Source of the DNA: Phoronis australis
Taxonomy: Eukaryota; Animalia; Phoronida
NCBI GenBank assembly: GCA_002633005.1
Contig: NMRA01000915.1
Span: 36,855 to 100,854 of the forward strand
DNA: 64,000 nucleotides
Direction of reading: 5' to 3'
Shown here: in pieces, positions 1 through 13,905 of the stretch
Layout: each line of letters begins with the position of its first letter
Numbering within the stretch: the stretch's first letter is position 1
Made by a program: the position numbers and the translations under genes
Notes under the pieces: model-generated
Told to the model about the DNA's origin: nothing
Seen by the model: only the letters and a program-made list of their open reading frames with translations
Databases searched by the model: none

Positions 1-345
1 TACGGAGAAGTATACACCCTGACAACTACTGTTACAATACAATTTAATTAATTCTTTTAAATACATTATATATAACAAAAGACTAATCGTGCAACCTTGT
101 CTGGGACCATTTTGGTATGTGTGATGTATATCTGATAAATTTTTGCTTACGGTTTAAGGAAAAATTAATCAAAATACGAGAGATGCAAAATGGCAGCTTT
201 AAGCAAGGTTTCATGGTTTCAGAAAGATTTCCTCGGTCTGAAATGTTAAAGGCATGTGCCACCAGATTTAATTTCGTTTTTTACCGTTTTAACCAATCTA
301 TGTCTATATCACCTCGTGCTTTGTCCAAAACTTCCCTATCGACAG

Positions 346-3169
346 TTGTCACATTAACCAGTGCGGAAGGTGAGGACCCAAAGCGATGACGTCAACGGAT
401 CTTGCAAAGAGTGTGTGTCACTGTTTCTGACAACGGAATGGTACCTACAAAGAAGTGTAAAATTCAACAAAGTCGCATGTGTAGCAATTTTAATGACTCC
501 AAATGTGTTCAGAAACCCATGGATAGATTATAACGCGTCCCCGGCTTTTCAGATGCAATCAGACTATAGTTGAAGATGACCGGGTATCATTCAAATTTCT
601 TGAGGACCACAGAAACTTAACATGAACTAGAAAATAAGAGTTTGCTTTTGCTGTCAGTTGATTTTTGTTTTAGAAAAACGTAATTAACAAGATTGATTCT
701 CCAAACATGTTGTTTTATATTTTCAGCATCGTTCCAACCGAATCAAGGCTATAAACTGACAAATGCCTTAAACGTGAGAAGCAAACCTTATTTATACCAA
801 GCAGTCATTACTGGAGGGGATACGTTTTGGATTTTCTAATGATAAAAACTTCCCAAACTTCAACTGAATTTTTCAAGTGACGATCAGGAAGCGGCAGTTG
901 ACCAAAAAGCCAGCTTTTGCAGTAACCCGCGTACGTCTCTGTTATAAAGACATGGTATTACAGAGAGGTTAACACTCACAGTGCAATGGCAGGGTTGAGT
1001 CATCATATGATGGAGAAGTCCAGTAGTAAGCGTACACCCTTGTCTCGAGTGAGACAGCGAATGACCAGATACACAGTTGGCCGCTGGAATCAGTACAGAT
1101 AGCCCGAGACTAAAATCGTTATCTTAATAACACGATACCATGAAGCTACCGAAAATATCCCGGGGTGTTGAACAGATGTTTTCATACAAATTTCAATATT
1201 GATTTTAGTTTGAATTCTTCATTAAGAATTACCTATGCTACTGCTGTTCTTGGTAAACGGAAAGTGTATGGCCCGGATTTAGTGTTTTTAATTGTGCCCT
1301 TATTTGACTTCAGTGCTATAAGCTGGTCAGTGTTATGCAGAGACACGAATCACGACGCTAGACAGGTTACCTACCTGTAAATATAATGTCTGCCTCAAAT
1401 CTAAAAACACAAAACAAATTGGATGCTGATGTCGATAAGGAAATAATGAGCCATGTTGGGTTCTCTCTCATGCTGCCCAAAATGAAAGGTCCAGTCTAAA
1501 CTTGATTTTTGTAGGATTAGTCTGGCAGCGAGATCTTATTTGCAAACCAAGAACATTTTACTGTTAAACACCATGGATGCAATTCTTACAAAATCCGCAT
1601 TGGCATTGATTATCCATCTTAGATGATCAAAATCGCGTGAGGTTTGTTTTCTTTTCTCTTCTCTTGGCAAATCATGACGTTTAGATCATCAAGTAAATCC
1701 CGTTTCCTTAAGCTGCAATTTAAAAGACTCAAGTATAACAATGCTTCAAGCACATAGCCAGAAGCTACCTCGGCTTTGAGAATGTCTTTAACTTGATCAG
1801 ACCGATCATTCGCCTGTACTTTCGCGTACACTTGGATTTGCCGGGGATCATATTAGTGTATATCAACCGCATTATTGTGTAAAAATATAGGTATAGCTCC
1901 AGTCGTTGTACGGAAGTGAATGGACATTACCGGTTTTACGACCGAAAGCCGCGTTTTAGACATATCTGTTGTAATGGATAAACTTCTTCAAGTTACTAGC
2001 TTTGACCCGTGGTTTCACGCAACAAAATCCGTTGTATCTAGTTATTAAATCGCCAGTTCTTACCGCTGCTTGCCAGGCATTCGCAGATGCCAATGCTGTT
2101 GACTTTATCAGTTAAATACATTCCGATTTTGGAGTAGGATTATCCGCCGGCGATCGAGCGTTTGACTGCGACCACGGGGGTTCTATTAGGCTATGTTCCG
2201 GCCGACTTGTACGTATATGTAGTCATGGAATGTTATTTTTCAAGCGTGCCACCAAAAATCCAAATCTAGTGATATCTTATGGTTTTTATGTTCTCTAAAT
2301 GTTGATTTGGTTATCTCGGCTTCAGCGAACATTCTAGGCTGGTCTCGGGAGGTTCGTTGCAATGAGGTTCGACTGTAGAATTTGTTTGTCTCATTGTGTG
2401 GCAAGCTGTTTAGATGTGAAGAAATTAGTCGGTGATGTTTGATCTCGGATTGCTTAACTCAAATTCATTGACCCGAACATGAAACCGTGTTTTTTACCTA
2501 AGAATAAATGCTCACAATATAAACAAATCATCAAAAAATCTGCTAGACATACATGCATATAGTTTCAGTTCTGTTCAATTTCACAATCATATTTTATCAA
2601 GCAGTGACGTATTCATGTACCACATGTGCTCATATCCAAATTCATTTCCCGGGCCAATTTGATGATTATCAATGGTTTACCGAGAATAATGTATTACGGG
2701 TGGTTATGGCTTGATGATTTATCTTTGATAACACTATCAAACCGTATCTCTGATATACAAACATATAACTGCTTTGTTCCGCGAGCAGTAACATTTGACG
2801 TGGTTATGACCGTCTTGTAAGAGACAAGTAATACCAGAGGGCCGGCAATTGTTCATCTGGAACGTATTAAACGAAGTTTTTGCACATTAAAATGTTTTAA
2901 AAAATAAGGTGAAAATGTTGCCGTACCATCTCTTAACCGTCCCACATCATTATGCAGACTTTATATTTACTCGTGCCTTCAAAACAATAATATTTATTAT
3001 ATATTATTACGCTCAGTTTATAGACCAACGAAAAAATCAACAAACAACGAATACCAATAAGAATAACATTCAACAATGTTAATGAAATTCAGACAGATCG
3101 TTAATTAAAAGTTAGTCTGTAGAAATGCTTTCAAGCGATATTCCCTTCAGATACCTCAAAAGATTGAAG
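346..3169 (+). CDS. Possible small upstream exons of the 15020-16621 membrane protein gene
   Basis: AG/GT-bounded segments 346-369 (VTLTSAE), 727-773 (ASFQPNQGYKLTNALN) and 3151-3169 (IPQKIE) chain in phase 1-1-0-1 into exon 15020. Segments this short can arise by chance. Confidence 0.25.
1400..1900 (-). pseudogene. Decayed transposase-like remnant (possibly Mutator/MULE type)
   Basis: Broken minus-strand frames give DPRQIQVYAK..DLLDDL..DFVRI..LDWTFHFGQ..YRHQHP, which resemble the DxTFxxG / YRH / HP region I recall from animal MULE-like transposases. Several stops and frameshifts. Confidence 0.35.
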
Positions 3170-4035
3170 GTTTCGTTCACCACAAGGTCCACAATCAAAG
3201 GGTTACACTTATAACGATCGACTGCAGAGTAAAAACAAAAAACAGCATTCTGTCATTTGAAGACCAATACGCTCTGTACCAGTTGGAACCATGTCGTGGA
3301 TGGGTTTACTGTAATCAGTGCTATTAAACGGTGTCCATGAGGGGCGCAAAGAGCAAAAACTGTGAAAAAAGAAAACCAACTATATTTTGTAAATTCAGTT
3401 CTATTTGATAAATTCCATCCTATTTAAAATATATTTAAATCACGTTTCGTAAATTCAATTCTATTGAATTAATTCAACCCAATTTGAAATAAAAAACAAA
3501 ACTTGTTTGATAATTCATCTAAATAGGTATAAATTTATTAAGTAGAGTTGATTTTACAATATATCTTTTCCGCATTTTTTCCCATTTCCGCCCCTCATGG
3601 GTAATTATAAACCAGAGACCAGTTTTATCAAATGAGATGTTCAGTCGCCGTCGGTTTGGACGGCCGGAGTCACGTAATTGCGAAGACATAGATTGCAACT
3701 CGTGAAATTTTGACCCAAGGGCGTACAGTGACTCACGAGCCAATGATATGGTGGTCTTAGCCACGACTGTCTGTACAATCTTTGACAAAACCGGCCTCAC
3801 GTGACTTAACCACACATTTTTGTCTCGAACCCTTCCATTCCATTATAGAGAATGATTTCCATTCCCTTTCGAACAGCACGTCTAAAGCATCGACAACTAA
3901 AGAAAAGTGTCACGAGAATTTCACGTGCTGCACTTGTAATACATGGCGATATTTCACAATGTCTGGTGTGATCTTGTGTTTTCGCGAGATTCCCGCGTCT
4001 ACGGAGCGCATGCCTGGTAACCACGGAGTCGGAAA

Positions 4036-4688
4036 GATTATTGTTTACAATCCGAATCCGTTAACGTATATACTTTATAATAATGTTTTCTGAATCCTCT
4101 CGTCAGGGTGATCATGGTGATTCCAAAAATGTAGTACTCGTACCGATTAGACTCTTTTTATTCTTGCATTCACCGTTTTTACGAGGTGTTCATTTGCGGC
4201 AGCCGATCTCAAGTGACCGCCATTGTAAAACTGCGAAACCTGTCGGCAGGAATGATAACTACAACCATCATGCGTGTGTCAAAAGGACCCCAAAATTGGC
4301 TAGTATGTTGAAGATACCGCGTGGCATGTTAGGGAAACTCTGAGTAAAAAACAGTAATAATCCTTTATAAAGGATTCCCTCTTCAAAACTTCATCAGAAA
4401 AAACATGAGAGTGTGTTCTCGCGGACAAATGTCGTCCTCGAAAACACTTGACAGCTCGCGGTTAACCCTTAGTTATCAATGATGCCGAAAGGTGTTGCAC
4501 TTTTAAAAATGGCCGCCTCATTAAATCCGCATTGCAAATGAACGCTTTGGAAAAACTCGGAAATTTTGAATAGTAATCGACCAATCAGTACAAGTAATAC
4601 ATTTTTGGAATCACCATGACTAGAGAATTTAGAAAATAGTAGTATCAAGTATGTACGTTAATGGAGTCGGATTGTAAACAATAACCGT
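4036..4688. mobile_element. Non-autonomous element (MITE) with long, about 120-bp imperfect terminal inverted repeats
   Basis: ttattgtttacaatccgaatccgttaacgta...catggtgattccaaaaatgta (about 4040-4150) is the reverse complement of tacatttttggaatcaccatg...tacgttaatggagtcggattgtaaacaataa (about 4575-4685). Confidence 0.75.
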
Positions 4689-6789
4689 CGGAAAAATGGA
4701 AGATATCAAGTTAATGCAAGAGAATCGCTACACGTAATGCCCCCAACTTATAACGTTCCAATTAAAGTGACATGGAGCATAAAGAACAGACTAAATTCTA
4801 TTATTTCAAATTGTTCTCAAACTGTTCACCACGTATTTTTACGGTAAGTGTTCGTAAATATTTCTAATTTCTGTTGATGTCTAACATTTTCCCTTTAGTT
4901 TCAAATTTAAATAAAAAAATGTCAACTGCTTGTCTCTTCGTCGATTTTTCTTCCACACGGCTAAGCAAGTCTTCTTATTTGGTATGGTAAGACATAGAAG
5001 AGGATATTTCCCTTATATGGAAAATGTGACCTTGACCTTTGACGTAAACAAAACAATGGCGAATTCATGCAGCTGCCAGTCCGACACCTTTGAGCGCACA
5101 CGTGCATATAAATTATAAGGAGCGGATTTGAAAACTGTATTTTTCTAGAAATTCTTGCACTATTCAAAGTGAATAACTCTCACGTCAGCATTCCCAAGAA
5201 GTAGATTAGTCAAGATCTGTATTTTTACGAGTTGTTTCGTTTCATGCCTCTTTAATGTGAAAAAGGACACGCATTATACCTAAAAAATAAAGCCCAGTGT
5301 GTGCGTGTGTGTTCCAAATCTGAGTTTCAATTTGGTCTCAATCTCATTTCAGAGCAGTGAGCTCCATCTATAAACGGTTATGATGCCAATTTACTTGACA
5401 ACTGTCTCCATTTATTGTCACTGTAGTTTTTATCCTAAATGTGTTTTTTACCTTTTTGCTGATCTGAAGGTACCTAATCGGGTGTATGAAGTGGATGATA
5501 TTATGTCACCCACCCGAGTTGACGTGTTGGGACACTTGTGAAGGGTATCGTTTGTCATGCTAGCGGCGCTTCCACTTGTGAGCGAACGCATCTGATACGG
5601 TTTCTAAGACATTTCAACACTGTAATCAGACTTATTTCTCTTGCACAGATTTTTGACATGCTTACATTATCAAAGTTTTTTTCTGTGCAAACAGGATTTA
5701 TTTTACTTGTAGCTTTGCTTTGGACGGATTTTTAAGGGAACGACTTTTTAACTCTGATGCCGGACAACAAATCATGCCAACATTGCTCCTTTTAGACTTT
5801 AAGGGAACCATGTTTCGTATATCTGTGCTTGCGCTGAGCTTGAATTTGAGTTTGAACGTAACATCTGCTTTCAATAGGTCTGGGAGCGTTATTTATTAAA
5901 CTCCCCTTATATGTTTGCAGCAACCCATCTTGTTGCTGAAAGAAAGGTGATAGATAAGAAGACAGTCGCAGGTAAAAGACATGAATTGAGTTCCACAAGG
6001 TCGACAAAACAGAGCAGATTTGTGGGAGATTTGGCATTGCTTATGCGTCCTGTCGAGTTGTAGAGACTAGGTGGGTTGGTAGGTACTATTCTTGCAGTCC
6101 AGTTTTGTATTGCGGCTTGTAAAAATTGCAAAAACACAAAAAAATTATAAAAATTAAGTCAAAATTGTATTTTTTGGTGTTCAATGTTGAATTCTTAATG
6201 GAAGCGCTTTATAGGTTTGAAAGCATTGCCACGTTCTTACTATATGGAAGCGTTTTTCTTGAGCCGCTGATGGTTTCGATGTTTTTGTTCGATCGGAAAT
6301 AGAATCCTGTCGCGAAAAGGAATATTATGAGACCGATTTTGTCAGAGTAGGCTTAAGTCTATTTTCGTTTTAACCAGCTTAACAATGTGAAATTCAACTT
6401 TAAGTAAACCCAAAAGAATAAGGCGCACTAGTTCGCTATTTGCCACTAAATAATGCGACGGCATCGCAATGGGAAGCATCAACAAGTGCCACAGTGCTGT
6501 CAAAGGATACGTTTACATCTTATGGTAAATCGAAGCTACATACATCCTTTACACGATCATTGTGAAGATATTATCTCATTATCAACACAACCCTTTCCTT
6601 TTACACCCAACATTGCAAGAGTGTATCACTTGTAAATATGGCGTTTGTCACAGCGGACAGCAGATTTTCTAAATATACCCAGTGACATCACTTGCAGAAT
6701 AACAGCGGACAAAACATGGAAGAATAGACCGGGATCCCCGAGCTTTTTTGGGCATGAAAAGGTAACCAATTTTCTTTGGTACCACAGTG

Positions 6790-7810
6790 CTCTGTGGGTA
6801 TCCTGATGCCTGGAAATGACCAGCTAGCAGGTTCGCTTTGGTGGGTGTGGTCAGGAGAACCAAGACAATACAGTAAAAAATTGAGCTAGATCAACTTTTC
6901 TGGTAACCACTTCAAACTGCCTTGGATACCTCCTACGTAATCCACTGTATCAAAATTGGTCACTGCCAGACAATTTCAGTGGTGGGGAGTATCAGCCAGA
7001 CGGTTATAAACAAGGCCAAAAAATTGAGCTAAATCAATCCAAGAGGTAACCGCGTGAAACCAGTTGCAAAATATTCACCGTGAGCCAAGGTATCACGAAT
7101 GAACACTGCCAGACAAATCTAGTGGTGGGTTAGCCCCGCCAGACATGCCCAAATACCCGAGTTGAGCTATCATTCGATCAGGTAACCGTTTGAAACCAAT
7201 TGCACGATGTTCAGCATCACTGTACATGGCACAACTGTTAGATGCCAGACAATTTCAGTGGTGGGGTGCACCTGCCAGACGATTGTCAAAAAGGGTTAAA
7301 AAATGAGCTAGATCAGCCCAAGAGGTAACCGCTTAAAACCAGTCCCAAAATATTCACCGTAAGCCCAGGTATCACGAATAAACACTGCCACACAAATCTA
7401 GTGGTGGGTAAGCCCCGCCAGACACGCCCAAAGACCTGAGTTGAGCTAGATCAACCCACGAGATAACCGTTTGAAACCAACTGCACGATGCTCAGCATCA
7501 CTGCACATTGCACAACAGTAAGATGCCAGACAATTTCAGCGGCAGGGTTTCCCTGCCCGACGACTAAAGACGAGCTAAAATTTGAGGTAAATCAACTCAA
7601 GAGGTAACCGCATGGAACCAGTTGCAAAATATTCTACGTAAGCCCATGTATCATAAATAAACACTGCGAAACAAGTCTACTTGTGGATTAGCAATGCCAC
7701 ACACGATCAGATTTACCTGCCAGGTAACCCTTTGAAACCAGTTGCATAATGTCGAGCAACATTCTACATGCAACAAAATGTACTTAAAAGACATTTTTAG
7801 CGGTGGGGCA
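6790..7810. repeat. Tandem satellite of about 140-bp monomers arranged as about 280-bp A/B dimers
   Basis: gccagacaatttcag at 6965, 7244, 7525 alternates with gccagacaaatctagtggtggg-type starts at 7108, 7387, 7666. Monomers share ttgagctagatcaa..ggtaacc..aaaccag blocks. Confidence 0.9.
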
Positions 7811-8804
7811 GTAACATGCAGGGGTTTGGTCGATGCAGGGTCGACTTTTTATTAGACGCCCCTATCTCTCTACTCAAATGCATATGTTCTATTCAGGCCC
7901 GTAGCCAGCACTGAGCGGGGGGTGGTTCGAATTTTAAGAAGGTAGTGGACCTTTTGTATTTTGCAAACGTAGACACTGTAAGGCCTTTGACTCAGCTTAA
8001 TTAGGGGGAAGAGAACATTCTCGCATTATCTTCTGCCAAAGTTTCAAATCAGCCATGCTTAATGAGTGATTACACCTATTGCATACTCAGACGGAAATAT
8101 GACATTTAGTCGGTGAATGACTTAACAAAATTGTTTATCTAGTTGTATTGTTGTGTGTTACTTAAGTTGCTTACATCGCTGGAAATGGGAACATCCCACT
8201 TTTTCGAAGGTTTACTTCTCGTAAGGTTCACTATTCCGAAAATACACTAGTTCAACAATTCACCACTCCAAAGATTCACCGCTGCAAAAATATTTAAATT
8301 TTCAAACTCAGACGTGATTTTTAAACTTTACATGCAAAAATAAACGATATTTCGGTTATTAGAAACACCTATACCGAAAACAACACCCGGCAACTAAAAC
8401 ACTTGGTTTGGATTCCATGTGACTACCGTATCCAGCAGGCCAGCACAACTAGAAAGCGTAGTTAGATTTCATATGCATGGGAAATTGCCCGCATGTCTTA
8501 AAATGAGTACGCACTTGCATTTTAAAATGATATGAAGTAGGAATACTGATGAATTATCAACCATGACACAATTCATCAAATCCGTGTCAAGATCGAATCG
8601 CAGCGCGACGCAGACGGCCAGGTCGAAACTAAATGAAGTTAGTAGGCCACCCTGTCCCTTCCACATCTCACGAAATCAGGGAGTCCCATTTAGTCTTCTT
8701 AAATTTGAAACCGCCGTTGGTCACCGTATCGGGGCCCCAGATGTTGTCTCTGCTTGAGAATGAGTCGTGATCACACAATCACGGTAGTTAACTGTCGGAG
8801 TTTT

Positions 8805-9197
8805 GGGCCCAGTCTCGAATCTTTTTACTCGACATGGAATTCGAAATTATGTGTGGGATTTTTTACTCTACTTTTGCGCGAACTCAAGACATGTGTTTAT
8901 TATTCTATGCTTGAGCACATAACGTGGACGATTTTTAGTCTTAGTTCGCAGTTGATAAATCCATCATTAAAGCTAAAAGTTCGAGTTTGAACTCGAAATG
9001 TCGAGTTTTTACTCGAGTTTGTAGCACGAATATCAGGATTTTCAAGTGCAAACTTGGACTAGAAACTCATATGCATAAACTATAATTATTCGAGCACAGT
9101 TTGATAACCACTTTTCTGGAGTTAGCGCAAAAGAAGCAGACAAATTGCCAAAATTAATTTCGAGTTCGTTTCGAGCGCAAAGATTTGAGACCGGGCC
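8805..9197. mobile_element. MITE with GGCCC-terminal inverted repeats (PIF/Harbinger-like ends)
   Basis: Left ggcccagtctcgaatctttttactcga..tcgaaatta versus right taatttcgagttcgtttcgagcgcaaagatttgagaccgggcc. Confidence 0.7.
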
Positions 9198-9285
9198 AAT
9201 TTTGGCAATTCCAAATTCTCACTGATTCTCACTGTTACATAACATTTTCTCACTATTTTCTCACTGACTGCCCATGTTGTTCAAT

Positions 9286-12200
9286 AGGGCTATTCGGAGA
9301 ATTCACCTCGCGGTGTCGCTGCTGTACTAGTGGTGACTGAATTGCGCATGCGTGGCTGTCTGCATGTAAACAACTGGTAAGGAGGCACAGAACAGTTCTC
9401 ACTGGGTTTTGCCTAGCAAAACACACATCACTTGATTTGTAACCTTTTCTTCACTCTGTCAAAAACAGGATGCAAAGAATGGCATGTTTTCAATTATTTC
9501 ACATAAAAAGCCCAGCAGATGAGCACAGAAACTTTATTCTTTCTTGTATTTTTGACCATTTCATTCCCACTGACAACCAAGCTAGACTAAGAAAAATAAG
9601 GGCAAAAAAATGCAAAATCGGCACTTTTCACCCGAAAAACACCACTTCCCTGCCGATGCACGACTAAAACCAAACTTAGAGTCTGAAAGCAAATTTCCTA
9701 CCGATTCAGAAAATGTGGTCCAAAAGTACTGTCAACCAACTAGTTTTTTTGCAATTCTTGCTTGTTTGAGGGCTACCTAAAATCACAGCCAATTTCTCGG
9801 TCGCTACCCAACAATGCACAATTGCAGCCGGGGGCCGCCATCTTGAAGAAGAGTGCAGCTACAGCCAAGAAAGTGGCCTTTTTTATTCACAGCATGTTCA
9901 CAAATACAAACAAACCACATTCACTGAGCCTACGTGCAATGCCCACCTACAAAATGCCCCCAAACTTGGCCTACCCCAAAATTTCTATATTTTGGGAGTG
10001 CAAATTGGCCGTGCAAATTGGCCGCGGCCGCAGCCTAACTATTCAGTGCCACCTAAAAGATGGAATTGTTATCAAAATACGTCTCATTACTGCTAATTTC
10101 CGTGGTGCAAGTCTTCGACAGCTGGCCACAAATTCCCAAAAGATCTAAGGTTACTATATTCGTGGACAATTGCGGTCAAAAGGGTCAACTAATTGACAAA
10201 AAGTGTGTGGATGCTGAAGCCACGTGTGTGCTCTATGACTAAGTATGCAGTTCCATTCGGAGACTACACACCATTACTTGGTAAGTTTTTAGCAATCAAG
10301 TTTCTATCAACATCGTTCGGTGCTGTTATCCCCACCAGTTACCCCAGTGAATAACAGGTTTAGCCCCTATTGAGTGGAACTACTGTTTCTTTTAGGAAAC
10401 TCACCCGATGCCGGGTGGGCTAGCAGCACATATTCATATTGTCCTGGCTGGGAGTGCTCCCAAAATAAGAGGTGTATTTTACGTGATGCACAGATGTCAA
10501 GGGTAACTTTTTCAAAGCAGTTTCTCTTCAAAACTATGCTGTTTCCAATAAAATTATCTAGATGAGTGAGTTTCCTTATTTTATCGCGGACTCCACCCCC
10601 AGGACTACCAGATCAGTTATCGAATCAACATGAATAAGACTTAATTCAGTAAATGTCGTAACATTGTATTGGAAGAAAAATTGACACCTAGAATGAATTT
10701 TACTTGTTGAGATCCGAAGCACATTTTAAGTGTCTTGAAAAATACACATTGTTAAATCACTTTTAGCCTGTGTCACATATTTTAATTCAGATATAAAATA
10801 AGACTTGGGTACAAAGGTTATTAGTTTCTAAACATCAACATGAAGATGAAACGTCAAGTATGTTCTGCCTTACAAAAGTAGTTTTGTCTTGTCTTTTCCT
10901 TTACAATTTGCTAATATTTCTCCGACTATTCTGTTACAGGTGAGCGAAAACAACTGAAACCAACCGCCCGACCCTCTATTTTACCTTTGGACAAAGTGTA
11001 AAGCAATCCTTCAGCAATAACCTGAGAGAATTGAACATAATTCAGAAATTAGCACTTGATATGCCTGATTATGGACCTGTCGCAATGCTGTTTCTTTCTG
11101 TGCTTTTTCAGTTTGCCATTTGTTTTTAAATACGCTGATAATTGTTTATTCTCGAATCTTGTGCATAGCAGATTCTTATCCAGCTAGATACAATTGAAAA
11201 TATGCAATAAGACAATCGATGCAGTCACTGAATGTCATTTCCCCATAATGTGTACCAAATTGAAAAGTTTTTACTAATAGCATAAAGGAAAATTTAATGT
11301 CACCCTGCTTTTGGCTTTCATCTCACTGGGATCTAGTTTCAATGGCCTATAGAAGTGCTTGTAAAAAAGGTCCAGTTTCGACACGAGGCTTTCTTTCATG
11401 TAACCTCATTCAGCCTCAATAACATCCACAATTAGACCCTTGAAGGTAAGCACAGCAGCAAAATCAGACCCTTGAAGTAGACCAGAGTGTCACTAGGTCT
11501 TCTTTAGCTCCAGTCCCTCATGTTTCTTCCTGAAAAGAAATAAGCTATTGTCCACACTCATTGCCTATGAAAGGGCATCCTCACCAACAAGGCTTACTTG
11601 TGTAGCAGTCAGATATTGTTCGTCTGAATACACAGACAGTCCACTTGCACATTGTCTTATGGTAACTCAGTACTACGATTCACATTTCTCCAGGGCCACT
11701 GACTTGTACATTGTGCCATGCAGCACTGCTGGTGTGTGAAAGTGCTGTGGGAAGATAACGGAGTAACAATGCTTGTCTGTGATACAGCTTGAAGTGGCTG
11801 TAAAATGTCACTGAACCTGGAACAAATATTGAAATGTGAATAATTAAGTACTCCAGATGGGGTCAAAAACGCTATTCCTGTTGTTCAAAAATATATGGTG
11901 ACTGCTTTACAGTTTCACATAAAATTACATAATTACTATTTTCAGAAACCAAGGGTGTATATAATAAGCATTGCATAAAACTGTGTCTTTATTTTTTATT
12001 CGTAGCCACAACAATTCTTTGAACGCATCACTTATCTGCAAAATATACAAGCTCTTTGAGACAACTTCAAACCTTTGTTACCCATTTTCAAGCCTTTTGA
12101 ATTTTGATACTTTCAGCAATTTTAAACTCCGATTACAGGTTCATGGGTCTGTCAAGAATACATCTAGTCTAAGGTTGAGGGAACAGTTTCTCAGACTTTT

Positions 12201-13456
12201 AATTTTTCTTCTAATAGAAGATATGAAGACTTGGGTCATTTAAAAATGATGATTAATCTTTCTGTTGTTTAAGAGTAATTAAAAATCGCAAGGCACCATC
12301 AAAAATGCAATTTTCACAAAAATGGCAGTCATTTGAATTTATAATGACTTGCAACATTTCAAGGCATGAGTTAAGACTTTTCAGTCTCTGTGAATTCAGA
12401 AAATGTAATATATTTTCATGGGTTTACAATTGATACAAGTAGAAAAACAGTTTCAAGAAAACAAATTGAAGGGACTTCATGAAGATTAAGAATTTAATTG
12501 CCTCACCATGCTCTTTTCCCCAAACATGTATTACCTGTTATTTCCACACATTCAGTTGTACCAAATATTACAACCCCAACCCCCATCCCAATCCCCCACT
12601 AAGGACCTGAATAAGAAAATTAACAAAATGACTTACATACCTTTCTTTAAAAATAGCTGTTCCTTTTCAAAGGCTTTGTTCGTTGCCTCCAATATTGAAA
12701 GTAGGCTTTAACAAAAGATCTGCACTGGATGGGAAGATCTTGCTGGTTAGCTGCAGTCAAATGCTAAAAACCAATTTTTGTCCATTCAGGGACGGTGCAG
12801 AAGCGATGCTTATCTCCTCTGCACGGTACAATCCCTCAAACCCAAAAACCAAAGGTTACATGAAAACAGACGTGATAGATTTCCATTTCAACGTGTAATA
12901 GATTTCCAGAAGACATATGATAGGGAGTAAACAAATAGTCTAATGCACTGGATATTTGTCATGTGCCCCGCTTTGCCCGATTGGGCTTGGATTGTAATCT
13001 TAACTCATTAACATGTATCGAGTTGACAGCATAAACATTCAGCATTGATTGATGTAACAGTCACTGATAAACTGTTAGAAATCATTCCTAAAAATAATAA
13101 TGCTTTGATGTACGAAAAGATCCTGATTGTTACGTCAAATATCGTATCACATACAACGAACAAAGATTAACCCGACTGTCGACTGCCGCGAAGTCGACAT
13201 CGGCGAGTACCTCAGTTAACAGGCATCGGTAGATTAAGCATGGAATAATCGTTAAAATAATCACAAACCTTACCTTTGTATAAGGTCGTGCTTACTTCCT
13301 CTCATAGAGCACCCTTTTCACGCAATCTCCGGCAGATTCAGTTGGCACGGCTGCAAGCCCTTTCACCATGTATTTGAAGGGCTCACGAAATCGAGGCTGT
13401 TAATCTATCACCACTAGTACACGCCCTCTAATTATTGTAGATTTTCCGAATAGGGG
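9286..13456 (-). mobile_element. Decayed 4.2-kb DNA transposon with imperfect TIRs and remnants of a spliced SWIM-finger ORF
   Basis: ctattcggagaat (9290) and gtactagtggtga (9324) are mirrored at matching spacing by tcaccactagtac (13408) and attttccgaatag (13441). Minus-strand broken frames near 11560-11720 read AQCT.VSGPGE and CYTSKPCW. Confidence 0.55.
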
Positions 13457-13905
13457 TTCTCACTGGCATTTCTAACTATAATTGGTGATTTAGTGAGAAT
13501 CTAACTGGAATCTAACTGGAATCCAGTGAGATTCTCACTTTCTTTTTCGTATGGGATCTATTCAGTCAGTGGCTGAAAAGGCACACACAAAATTCTCACC
13601 CAGTGAGATTTTCACTCAGTGAGAATTTCATTAACACAAATTCTCACTAATTTGCATAGCATTCATATTGAGTGAGAATTTCAGTAAGACAAATTCTCAC
13701 TGAGTAGGAATGCTATGCAAATTAGTTAGATTCTCACTGAATACTAACTCGAATATCGCTGTATTCTCACTAAATTGAGAATTTTTTCTCACTAATTTAA
13801 ACGACATCTTAATTAGTTAGATTCTCACTGGAATCTAACTGGAATCCAGTAAGATTCTCACTGGCTTTCGGGATTAGAATTTCCTGAAGCTTTTTCATAA
13901 GGGTG
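13457..13905. repeat. TTCTCACT-rich subterminal repeat array of a non-autonomous DNA transposon (matching block at 9215-9268)
   Basis: Many direct and inverted copies of attctcact/agtgagaat and ctaactggaat. Terminal-like motifs ttttcgtatggg and tttttcataaggg. Confidence 0.7.

Noticed and set aside
9762-10148. 128-aa ORF as a transposase
   Set aside because: No recognisable motifs; it lies in subterminal non-coding sequence of the element.
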